DNA from: Sphyrna mokarran
Taxonomy: Eukaryota
Reading direction: 5' to 3'
DNA: 64,000 bases
Assembly: GCA_024679065.1 (NCBI GenBank)
Contig: JAGIQG010000013.1
Location: forward strand, 15,376,001-15,440,000
The notes beneath the pieces were generated by a model that ran no database searches, was not told where the DNA came from, and saw only the letters and a list, made by a program, of their open reading frames with translations. Both the position numbers and the translations under genes were made by a program. Every line of letters starts with the position of its first letter. Position 1 is the stretch's first letter. Positions 53,702 to 64,000 of the stretch are shown here, piece after piece.

Positions 53702-53796
53702 TGAGTTGTTACAGAGAGTTAACACTTTCAACAAATAAATTTATGTAGCTGTACTTTCAAGTCATCCCATGAGTGTTAACTCTCTGTAACAACTCA
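53702..53796. repeat. Perfect 25-bp inverted repeat with a 45-nt spacer
   Basis: TGAGTTGTTACAGAGAGTTAACACT (53702-53726) and its exact reverse complement (53772-53796). Confidence 0.95.
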
Positions 53797-55369
53797 AATT
53801 TCTTGATTGTAAGGGGAGTTTCTTGATTGGTAAGGGGATCAAAGGTTATGCGGAAAAGGCAGGTGATTGGGAGTTGTGAAACTTATCAGCCATGATTGAA
53901 TGGTGCAGCAGACTTGATGGACCAAATGGCCTAATTCTGTTCCTATATCTTATGGTATATTAAGGATATATCACAGCCAAATTTATGCACTAAAGCGCAA
54001 GGGAGTTAAAATAGAAATACCAGACATTAGTGCTAGGTACTAGTGGGACATTAGTCTTGGCTTCAAAATCCACCTTTGGATACAAGTTATATCTTACGTA
54101 CTGAGTGTTGTCATTATTTATTGTTGTATATATGTTTTTTTTTTATATGTTTACTTATACAAATGTACTAGAGCGAAACAATGGGTGAAAATGTTACTGA
54201 AGGAACAGAATAAGGTTAATTGATTTGAAGTATCCAGTTACCAGCGATATCTATAGCAATGTGTAATGTTTGTAGGCAACATTATACACTTAAGGGTGGT
54301 TTCCATAAGGCATTTTTAATGTCTCTTGCATTTTGGTTTGTAACTAAAATATAATCCAGTTATTGCTATGTGGACCAGCAAATGAAGCTCACCAGGTGGC
54401 ATGGTGGCACACTGGTTAGCACTGTTGTCTCATAACACCAAGGACCGGGATTCAATTCCTGGCTTAGGTCACTGTCTGTACAGAGTCCGTATATTCTCCC
54501 TGTGTCTGTGTGGGTTTCCTCCAGGTGCTCCAGTTTCCTCCCACAGGCCAAAAGACGAATTGGTTAGGTGCAGTGGCCATGCTGAATTCCCCCTCAGTGT
54601 ACCTGAACAGACGCTGGAGTGTGGCGACTAGGGGATTTCAACAGTAACTTCACTGCTGTGTTAGTATAAGTTCACTTGTGATAATAATAAATAAACCTAG
54701 AAGATACTGGAATTCAGACCAAAGACAATATATTGACCTTATTAAAAAAATAAAGACAGTTTTAATTAAACCTGGGAGACACACACAAAGAACAAATAGA
54801 GATCTGATTTGAGGGATTTGTTTATACCTAAAAGTGCCAAAGTCAGAAACGGACATAAAGCCAAAGCTAGGAAAGGACATTGTTACTCCAGCCTGGGGAA
54901 GTGTGACTTGATAAGATACGGAAAGTTGTGCGGAAGAATCCATTCAGTGGACCGACCGCCCGGAAACAGGATCCAGTACACAGATAAGCAGCCAGTGTTG
55001 GACGAATGTACTACTGCTTATTGTATTGATAGTGATTTTCCACATAAAGTTTGTTTCATGTCATTGATATCTAGAGTATAGGGTCCAAGAATTTAGGGAA
55101 AGTTTGGATCCCTGTTAAAGTGTCTTACAGCACTCTGAAACATTATTCCTACTCATGGAGAACACCATGGGGGGCATTTTCCAGCCTTCCTACCTTAGAA
55201 CCAGAAATTTCCACCCAAGGTCAATGGTCCATTAAATTGTCTGAGTGCCCTCCAACCCTCTTGCCCTCCACCTCCCCTCCCCCCACCCCATGACAATTTT
55301 AGTAATGGAAGGAGCAGGGAAATTTGTCCCTACATATAAATGCAAATTACTTCCCCTTTTAAGAATGTA

Positions 55370-57260
55370 AAAACTAGTGCAGGAGTAGGCCATCTGGCCC
55401 CTTGAGCCAGCTCCACCATTCGATAAGATCATGGCTGATCTTTTCATGGACTCTGATCCACTTATCTGTCCGCTCATCAGAATTCTTAATTCTTTTACTG
55501 TTCAAAGATTTACCTATCCTTGCCTTGAAAACATTCAATGCCGTAGCCTCAACTGCTTCACTGGTTAGGGAATTCCACAGATTCACAACCCTTTGTGTGA
55601 AGAAGTTCCTCCTCAACTCTGTCCTAAATCTGCTTCCCCTTATTTTAAGGGCAGACCCCCTAATTCTCGTGGAAATAACTTCTCTGCTTCTATCTTGTCT
55701 ATTTGCTTCATAATCCTATATATTTCTATAAGATCTCCCCTCATTCTTCTGAATTCCAATGAGTACAGCCCCAGTCTACTCAGTCTCTCTTCATATGCCC
55801 ATCTTCTCAGCTCCGGAATCAACCTAGTGAATCTCCTCTGTAACCCCTCCAGTGCCAGTATATCTTTTCTCAAGTAAAGAAACCAAAACTGTACACAACA
55901 CTCCAGGTTTGACCTCACCAGCACTTAATACAGCTGCAACATAACCTCACTGTTTTTAAACTCCATCTCTGTAGTAATAAAAGACAAAATTCCACTTGCC
56001 TGCTTATTATCTGCTGCATCTGCAAACCAACCCCTTGAGATTCCTGCACAAGTACACTCAAGTCCCTCTACACAGCGACATACTACAATTTTTTACCATT
56101 TAAATAATAGTCCATTTTGATGTTATTCCTACTGAAATGGATGACCTCACATTTAGCAATTTTGTACTCCATCTGCCAGACCTTCGCCCACTCATTTAGA
56201 CTATCTATATTCCTTTGCAGACTTCCAGCGTCCACTTACACTTCGGTCTGCCACCCATCTTAGTATCATGTCTGAATTTTGACACACGGCACTTGGTCCC
56301 CAACTCCAAATCATCTATATAAATCGCAAACAAATGGGTCCCAACGCTGGTCTCTGAGACACATCATTAGTTACTGATCACCAACCAAAAAAACATCCAT
56401 TTACCCCCACACTTTGCTTTCTGTTAGTTAACCAATCCTCTATCCTTCTAATACATTACCTGTAACACGGTGCACTTTTATCTAATACAGCAGTCTTTGG
56501 TGCGGTACCTTGTCAAATGCTTTTTAGAAATCTAGATATACCATATCCACAGCTTCCCCGTTGTCTACTGCACATGTAATATTCTCAAAGAATTTCACTA
56601 AATTAGTCAAACATGATCTTCTTTTCATGAACCCTTGCTGCATCTTACCAATGGGACAATTTATAGCCAGATGTCTCGCTATTTCTTCCTTGATAATAGA
56701 TTCAAGCATTTTCCCTACTACAGAAGTTAAACTAACCGGCCTATAGTTACCCACCTTTTGCCTATCTCCTTTTTAAAACAGTGGCGTCACATTTCCAACC
56801 TGCAGGAACTACCTCAGAGTCCAACGAATTTAGGTAAATTACCACTAGTGCATTTGCTATTTCTCCCACCACCTCTTTTACTGCCCTGGGATGCATTCTA
56901 TCAGGACTAGGAGACTTGTTTACCTTTAGCCCCATTAACCTGTCCAACACTACCTCTTTCGTGATAATGATAGTTTCTACGTTCTCACCTGCCATAGCCT
57001 TCCTGTCATCATTTTTGGCAATTATTTGCGTCTTCTACTGTGAAGACCAACACAAAATACTTGTTCAATGCCTCAGCCATTTTCTCATTTCCAGTTATTA
57101 CATCCCCCTTCTCATCCTCCAAAGGACCAATGTTCACTTTAGCCATCTTTTTCTTTTTATATATTTGTAGAAATTTTGCCATGTGTTTTCATATTCTGAG
57201 TTAGTTTACTCTCATAATCCATCTTACTCCTCTTTATAGGTTTTCCCGTAGCTTTGCCTC
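55370..57260 (-). mobile_element. CR1 LINE fragment (RT through 3' end)
   Basis: GNYRPVSLTSVVGKMLESIIK, SCLTNL..FFE, VYLDF, LVRSNLECCVQFW and RGDLIE motifs, with stops and frameshifts. Confidence 0.9.
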
Positions 57261-57319
57261 AGGTAGATCCTTCCACATGCCGAAACAATAGTTAAGAAAA
57301 CCCACCAATGCTTCTGCTT

Positions 57320-57880
57320 TTTTAGGAGGCTAAGAAAATTTGATATGTCTGCTCTGACTCTCACCAATTTTTATAGATATACCATAGAGAGCATCCCTTC
57401 CAGATGTACCATAGCTTAGTATGCCTTCTGTTCTGACCAAGACCACAAGCAACTACAAAGGGTTGTAAACATAACCCAGTCTATCATGCAAACCAGTCTC
57501 CCAGCCATTAACTTTGTCTAAAGTTCCCACTGCTTCAGAAAAGCAGCCAGTATAATCAAGGTTCCCATGCATCCCGGACATACTTTCTTCCACCTTCTTC
57601 CACCAGGAAAAGGATACAAAAATCTGAGATCACATACCAATCAACTCAAGAATAGCTTCTTCTCTGCTGTCATCAGACTTTTAGATGGACCTACCTCATA
57701 TTAAGTTGATCTTCCTCTACACATTAGCTATGACTGTAACACTACTTCCTGCATCCTCTCCTTTCCTTCTCCCCCATGTACTCTATGAATGGTGTGCTTT
57801 GTCTGTATAGTGAGCAAGAAATAATACTTTTCACTGTATACCACCAATACACGTGACAATAATAAATCGCATCAAATCAA
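57320..57880 (+). mobile_element. Rex/Babar-like LINE 3' end
   Basis: LTNFYRYTIESI-like coding end and a GTGACAATAATAAATC(AAATC)n tail. Related copies at ~41860-42450, ~45195-45530 and ~23435-23780 (minus). Confidence 0.65.
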
Positions 57881-58237
57881 GGGAAACAGAAAAATCAGCC
57901 AGCCAAATCTGATGAATGTTCAACGATTTCAATTGGAATTGTACATGTATGGACAAGATTGAACTCATTTCAATTCAAGTGGTACACATGCGAAGAGGAT
58001 TAATCTTGGCATCCCGTTTATATAAGTTGCTGACAATCACTATCTGATGTCACTTCTGAAGAATGGCCATTTAGGAGAGGCATCAGGGGTCTGCTTTTCA
58101 CATTGGAACCGTGCACCAACATGACAAGAGGAAGGAGAGAGAGGATTAGATGGGAGAGCAGGAACATAAACATAGAACGCATTTTCACTATGCTTACACC
58201 TTATTGTAAAATACACACTGGCACATAATTTACTCAC

Positions 58238-58283
58238 CCAAAGATATGCTGAATAACTTCAAAATTGTTCTGACAGTCCCCAT
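58238..58283 (-). CDS. IGSF5: IGSF5-like coding exon 1 (signal peptide, MGTVRTILKLFSISLG)
   Basis: ATG in perfect Kozak context (ACCATGG) and a phase-1 donor G|GTGAGT that joins in frame to the Ig exon at 53675. An acceptor (ctctttcAG) at 58317-58318 implies an upstream non-coding exon. Confidence 0.7.
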
Positions 58284-59780
58284 GGTGTGTAAGAAGTATC
58301 ATCTCAAATGTCGTGGCTGAAAGAGCAATGATCCAGATCATTGAAGGAAACATAATAACAATTTACAATAACACTCAATGTTGATGCTTTTGATTGTCAA
58401 TGCTGGAGGGCTTTGTTGGTAAAATTGCCAACTGTGATTAAATTATTCCTGGAGGTTTCACCACATGACTTGCTCCTCCCATTCCAGCCATTAATTGGCC
58501 AACACATCCAACCTTGTGACAAACTGCTTTCCTACATCAATTCCCATAGAATCCCATAGTATCCCTGCCATGCAGAAGGAGGCCATTCAGCCCACCGAGT
58601 CTGTGCTGACAACAATCCCACCCAAACCCTATCCTAGTAACCTCTTGTATTTACCTTGCTAATCCCCCTCACACTAAGGGGCACTTTAGCACAGCCAATT
58701 CACCTAACCTCACATGTTTGGACTGTGCAAGGAAACCGCAGTACCTGGAGGAAACCCACATCTATATGGGGAGAATGTACAAACTTCAAACAAGACTCAA
58801 CCAATTGGATGATCCAAATTGCCTTTGCCTCCCCTAGTTTTCAATATTTTTATATGTGGGAAAGGGGAATGTTCAAAGAAAGTGACAAAAAAAAGCAACA
58901 TATGTTTATGTCCTGATGATTTTTCTACAGGGTCGCACACAGCAGTGTCTTGGAGCTTCATTGTCAAAGCTCGGAGACTCCAGGACAGTCCTGGAAGGTT
59001 GGCAACCCTAATTGTTGGCCCTTATCCACATGTGAGGATATGGAAGAGGAGTTCATTCCTGCAGGAACAAACCTTACATTAAGAAGATGAATCACGCATC
59101 TCAAAAAGGATAAGTATTGAACACTGCTCATCAGAGTGGGATAGACATGATGGGCTGAACACCCTCTTCTGATTTAGAAATCATTCACTGTGACTCTAAA
59201 TTATGTGTGTTTGTTTCCGCATTCCACAACAAAATTGTGACTTTTTCCTGGATTAGTGTTTGCATGTGCTGAATTACTTTTGTCTCCCTTGAACACAGTT
59301 TTCCTACCATTGTAAATGGCCTAGTAGGCCTGCCTCTGGGGCTGGAGGAAGAGAGGGAGCAGCCAAGGAGATAGGAGAAAAATAGACCAGCCAAGAAAAG
59401 AGGAAGCACTGCACAGAGAAAATATCCACAATTGGCTCTTCATGGAGAATCCTCATACCTTAAATAAAGTCTGGGAATTATTCAGCAGGCAAGGCAACAT
59501 CTGTAGAGGGAGAAGCAGATGTTATGACCAAGAATTAGACCCAACGATGGGGGATTCTCCTCCACTGTTGCGTTATTACAATGATATAATACCTTGGACT
59601 TATTTATCACACCTGATACAAGGCACAAATCACTCTCCAATATCAGCAGTGCCACTTGGAATGATGGATACTGCCCGCAATGTTTCTAGGCCAAACTTGG
59701 GGCCTGCTGCTTGATCTCAGGACACAGATAATGAAAGCTGTGGGGAAGGAATTAATGGAGACGGTGAGGGGTTTAGAAGC

Positions 59781-60027
59781 AAAAAATAAAAATAGAAAAT
59801 GCTGGATTAACTCAGCAGGTCTGGCAGCATTTGTGGAGAGGGAAACAGAGTTAACATTTCAGATCTAAATAAATTGTCCTTTGACAGACTATTCTGTGGA
59901 AGCGTCATTTAAGCTTGAAATGTTAACTTTGTTTCTCTCTCCGTAGATGCTGCTAGATCTGCTGAGGTTCTCAAGATCTACTGCTTTAATTTCAGGTTTC
60001 CAGCATCCGCAGTATTTTGCTTTTGTT
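59781..60027. mobile_element. Palindromic element of a second probable PLE-derived family
   Basis: Arm TGCTGG...CTCAGCAGGTCTGGCAGCAT...GAAACAGAGTTAAC and its inverse, with a one-sided tail and a degenerate flanking direct repeat. Related copies at ~4794-4900, ~6005-6170 and ~60601-60697. Confidence 0.6.
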
Positions 60028-61739
60028 TGAGGGTTGGAAGCGAAGGTGGGACAAAGATACCAGATCCCTGATTGGGCACTGAATTCCTGACCACTAATAT
60101 TCCCCACCCCCACAGGATCATAGGCAAGACCATCAGGCGTTGCTGGGCAACCTTTGTGGGACATGGATGGGCTATGCGAATCCCATTAAATCTCTCAACC
60201 CACCATTAAATTCTGGTGATCTCAGGGACAATGGGGATGGGTGGGTGGCACAGTGGTTAACACTGCTGCCTCACAGTGCCAGGAAAACAGGTCTGATTCC
60301 CACTTGGGTCACTGTCTGTGTAGAGTCTACACATTCTCCCAATGTCTGCGAGGATTTCTACGCTAAATTCTTTCTCAGTGTACCTGAATAGGCACTGAGG
60401 TGTGGCAACTAAGGAATTTTTACAGTAACTTCATTGCAATGTTAATCTAAGCCTACTTGTGTCACTAATAAATAAGCTTTAAAATTGCTCCAAAGTAGAT
60501 TATTTAACAACAATTTGTTGCCAGCAGGTCCCACGTCCAAACTTCCAACCCCAACTTAAAATGGGATGTGATTGCACCAGAGACGGGGCAGAGGAGATTC
60601 AGCTTGATAAAGAGTCATCTGGACTCGAAACGTCAGCTCTTTCCTCTCCTTACAGATGCTGTCAGACTTGCTGAGATTTTCCAGCATTTTCTCTTTTGAT
60701 AACCAGGGGGCACATTTAAGGAGACACAAGGGAAATTGTTTTGATGCAAGGACTGATTAAAATTTAGATGCATTGTCTGGTAGGATGGTGCACATACTCC
60801 AATATGATCGTCCAAAAGAGAATTAGATAAATGTTTAAAGGAGGAAAAAAATGCAGGGATTTGGAGAAAAAGTAGGATAGTGTGACTAATTAATAAATAA
60901 ACTTTAAAAAACTTAAACTCAACTGGATTCCTCTTTGAAAGAGCTGGCACAGACTCAATGGGCTGAGTGGTCTCTTTCTGTGTTGTACTATTCTATGATT
61001 CCAAGGTTGCCTTCACAAACACATGCGCACACACAACAGACTGCTTTCAAAGCTCTACTTGGCACAAGGTGAGGAGTGATTTGTCTTCCTGCACTCACAA
61101 CAACATCACAGATCGCTGAATAGAAACAGCTTAAAGAAGGAAAAAAAAGGGAAATGAAAAGTTTCTGTATATTTGCAATGAAAATGCAACTATCGCAGCA
61201 ATCAGTGATCCTCAAAATATATCTCCGAATTGAACCAGAGAATGAAAAAAATGCTGTTATCAAAAGATTTAAGTTAAGGGGCAGGAGATTTAGTGGGAAT
61301 TTAAGGAAAAATGTTTACATCCAGAGGGTGGTGAGAATTTAGAACTCACTGGTTGAAAGGGGAGTAGACATAGGAATCCTCACAACATTTAAGAAGTACT
61401 TAGATGAAAACTTGAAGTGGGATAGCATACAAGGCTACAGACTAAGTGCTGAAAAATGGAATAAATAGGTGCTTAATGATCGGCACAGACACAAAGGGCT
61501 GAAGGTTCTCTTTTCGTGTTGCAAAATTCTATAACATCCATGAGGATTGGAAAATTATGGTCAATATCTCCACCAATATCCATCCCCACTTCTCTCAGAA
61601 TTCTTGGATACATCTCCTCTGGTCCTGGTGACTTATCAACATTAAGTATGTACAGCTCACCTAATGCCCCTCTTTATCAATGTTAAACCCTTAAAAGTTT
61701 CAATATCCCTCTATTTCATTATGACTTGTAAAACATCTT

Positions 61740-62350
61740 AGACAAAGAAAAAAGAACATTATAGCGCAGGAACAAGCTCTTTGGCCCACCCAACCTGCGC
61801 TGATCATATTGTTCTACCAAGACCAACAGCCTGTGTCCCTCTGTACCCCACCTGCTCATGTGCCTATCCAGATAAATCTTAATCGTTGCTAACATATCTG
61901 CCTCAACTACCTCACTTTGCAGTGCATTCCAGGCATTCTGTGTAAAAAATTTCCCCTGGACATCTCCATTGAACCTTTGCCCCCTTATCTTGTACTGTGC
62001 CCCCTTGTAATTTTCATTTCTGCCCTTGGAAAAAGCTTCAAACTGTTCATCTTTTCTATGCCTCTTATAATTTTATAAACTTCTGTCAGGTCACCCTTCA
62101 GCTTCCATCTTTCCAGAGAGAATAATCCCAGTTCATTCAATCTTTTCTCATGGCTAGTACATTCCATACCAGGCAACATCCTGATAAACCTTTTCCGTAC
62201 TCCCTTTATAGTCTCCTTATCCTTCTGATAGTTTGGTGTCCAGAACTGGACACAGTATTCCAAAAGTTGCCTAACCAATGTTTCATACAACTGTAACATA
62301 ATTTGCTAACTTTTATACTCGAAGCCTTATCTGATAAAGGCGAGCATATC
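61740..62350 (-). mobile_element. CR1 LINE 3' fragment
   Basis: LYETLVRQLLEYCVQFW...GLFSLER...KGDLTEVYK...TRGH. Confidence 0.88.
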
Positions 62351-62511
62351 TTCTATCTTGGTAAAGACATATTCAAAGGACTTAATTAATACACCAGCTA
62401 TGCTCCCCACTTCCATGCATAGATCCCCTTTTAGATCCTAATTAGCCCCAGAATTAGCTAACAGAAAATAGAGGTAAATGGGTCATTTTTGCAATGACAA
62501 ACTGCAACACA

Positions 62512-62642
62512 GGGGGTGGTATTTTATGGCTTTGCTCATCCCAAGACCATAAAATCCTGCTCGAGGTCAATGAACTTTCCATGCTCCGCCCCTTGCCTGC
62601 TCCAACTCCTGTGGTGGGCAAGGGATGGTAAAATTCCAGCCT
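62512..62642. mobile_element. Short GC-rich MITE-like element
   Basis: Imperfect terminal inverted repeats GG..GGTATTTTA / TAAAATTCCAGCC. Related ~110-160 bp copies at ~67-130, ~6943-7020, ~11568-11690, ~47155-47270, ~52160-52275 and ~55170-55330. Confidence 0.55.
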
Positions 62643-62738
62643 TGAAATGCCACAGGAATCAGTGCCATAGCCTCGATTATTTCCAATCTGTACCAATGAC
62701 CTGGATAAGTCACTAAGTTTGCTGATCACACAAAGACA

Positions 62739-62914
62739 AGTAATCTCACAACACCAGATTAAAGCCCATCAGGTTTATTTGGTAGCACGAGCTTCTGGAG
62801 CACTGCCTCTCTGAAAACTCATGCTGCCAAATAAACCTGGTGGACTTTAACTTGATCTTGTGAGACTTCTTACTGTGTCCCCCTGAGTCCAATGCCGGCA
62901 TCTCCTCATCATGG
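62739..62914. mobile_element. Miniature palindromic PLE derivative inserted into a CR1 fragment
   Basis: Inverted arms with the tail on the right. TSD ACACAAAGACA at 62728-62738 and 62915-62925, interrupting the decayed KFADDTK motif of a CR1 RT. Confidence 0.8.
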
Positions 62915-64000
62915 ACACAAAGACAGGTGGGAAAGGAAGAGGAAATTAGAGATTTGGATGGGATAAGTGAGTGGGCAAAAAATTGGTACACAGACCCTGA
63001 GAGGAAACATGACCTTGTCCACTTTGGGAGAGACTACAAAATGTGAAAGTGCAGAGGGATCTGGATGCCCTAATACATGAACCAATAAAGGTTAGTATGC
63101 AGGTGCAACAAGTTACTAGGAAGGCAGCTTGAATGTTGACATTTATTGCAACAGAAATCAAGTATAAAAATAGAGAATTGCCCCTACAGCTGTACAGGGC
63201 CATTATGAAACTGCATCGTTCTTTACAGTAATAAAAATTGAAAATGCTAGATAAATGCAGCAGGCCTGTGGAGATGTTTCCCTATAGCAGGCAAAGGGCA
63301 GACCATGGAAAAAGTCTAGAAAAAAAGTTCCTCCTATTTCAGGTGGAGGTGAAGGGAGTTTTTTTTTTCTCTCAAAGGGCCACTTGTCTCTGGAATTCTC
63401 TTGGCCAGAGAGGCTTGGCGGAGACAGATTTCGATAAACAAGATATCCAAGGTTAAGAGGGGTAGGCAGAAAACTGGAGTTGAGACCACAAACAGATCAG
63501 CCATGATCTTAACGGATGGCAGAGCAGGCTCAAAGGTACAAGGAGCCAACTCCTGCTCCTAAATCTTGTGTTCCTATGTGTTCGCTTCTCCTTGAGATCA
63601 CATTGGCTCAGTGGTTAGCGTAGCTCACAGCGCCAGGAATCCAGGTTCGATTCCCGGCTTGGCTCACAGTCTGTGAGGAATCTGCATGTTCTCTTTGTGT
63701 CTGCATAGGTTTCCTTTGGATGCTCCTGTTTCCTCTCATAGTCCAAAAGATGTCCAGGTTAGGTTGCATTAGCCATGCTAAATTCTTCCTCAGTGTACCC
63801 AAACAGGCACCTGAAAGTGGCTACTAGGGGATTTTCACAGTAACTTCATTACAGTGTTAATGTAACTTTGCTTGTGACACTAACAAATAAACTTTAAGGT
63901 CAACAATTTCAGTCTATAATCTCTGTTCACATTGTTACTCTTCATTTGAGAATTTTTGGGCCACAACTCAGCATTTTTCCATTAACATCACACGGAATCA

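Noticed and set aside
54260-55128. Possible long solo LTR interrupted by a SINE
   Set aside because: TG...CA ends can be found, but the TSD and boundaries are ambiguous.
59185-59409. ORF resembling a signal peptide (MLPLFLAGLFFSYLLGCS)
   Set aside because: It starts at GTG rather than ATG and I found no suitable phase-1 donor; the 58238-58283 exon fits much better.
61060-61200. Possible upstream non-coding exon or promoter of the IGSF5-like gene (minus-strand GTGAGT donor near 61095)
   Set aside because: Only a donor-like hexamer supports it; it cannot be called without transcript data.
1-64000. CRISPR arrays, rRNA genes, prokaryotic operons
   Set aside because: The sequence is eukaryotic and mostly intronic; no repeat-spacer arrays or rRNA-like sequence were seen.

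Overview
Repeat-rich vertebrate genomic DNA, very probably from a shark (inferred from abundant HE1-type V-SINEs, Deu-domain SINEs and CR1 LINEs). One host gene spans almost the whole window on the minus strand: an IGSF5/JAM4-like gene. I assembled it by hand from 8 coding exons (58283 to 2236) with GT-AG splice sites and consistent phases, including a 25-nt micro-exon. The total is 1089 nt = 362 aa + stop: signal peptide, two Ig domains, a TM helix and a C-terminal PDZ-binding motif (HVTAV). Almost all other short ORFs in the track are SINE/LINE or microsatellite noise. The most striking accessory signal is a set of Penelope-like (PLE) insertions that are all head-to-head palindromes with 3' ends facing outward, an unpaired ~35-41 nt tail on one arm, and direct target-site duplications. 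One is 2.7 kb (RT + GIY-YIG fragments, ~960-bp inverted arms) and five are 136-336 bp miniatures. Several carry minimal, dimer-type hammerhead ribozyme motifs on both strands. A second family shows the same architecture. Also present are several local inverted and direct duplications, two perfect 25-26 bp hairpins, a Gypsy gag remnant, a probable solo LTR and a Myb/SANT-like remnant. All alignments and coordinates were read by eye; repeat boundaries are approximate.
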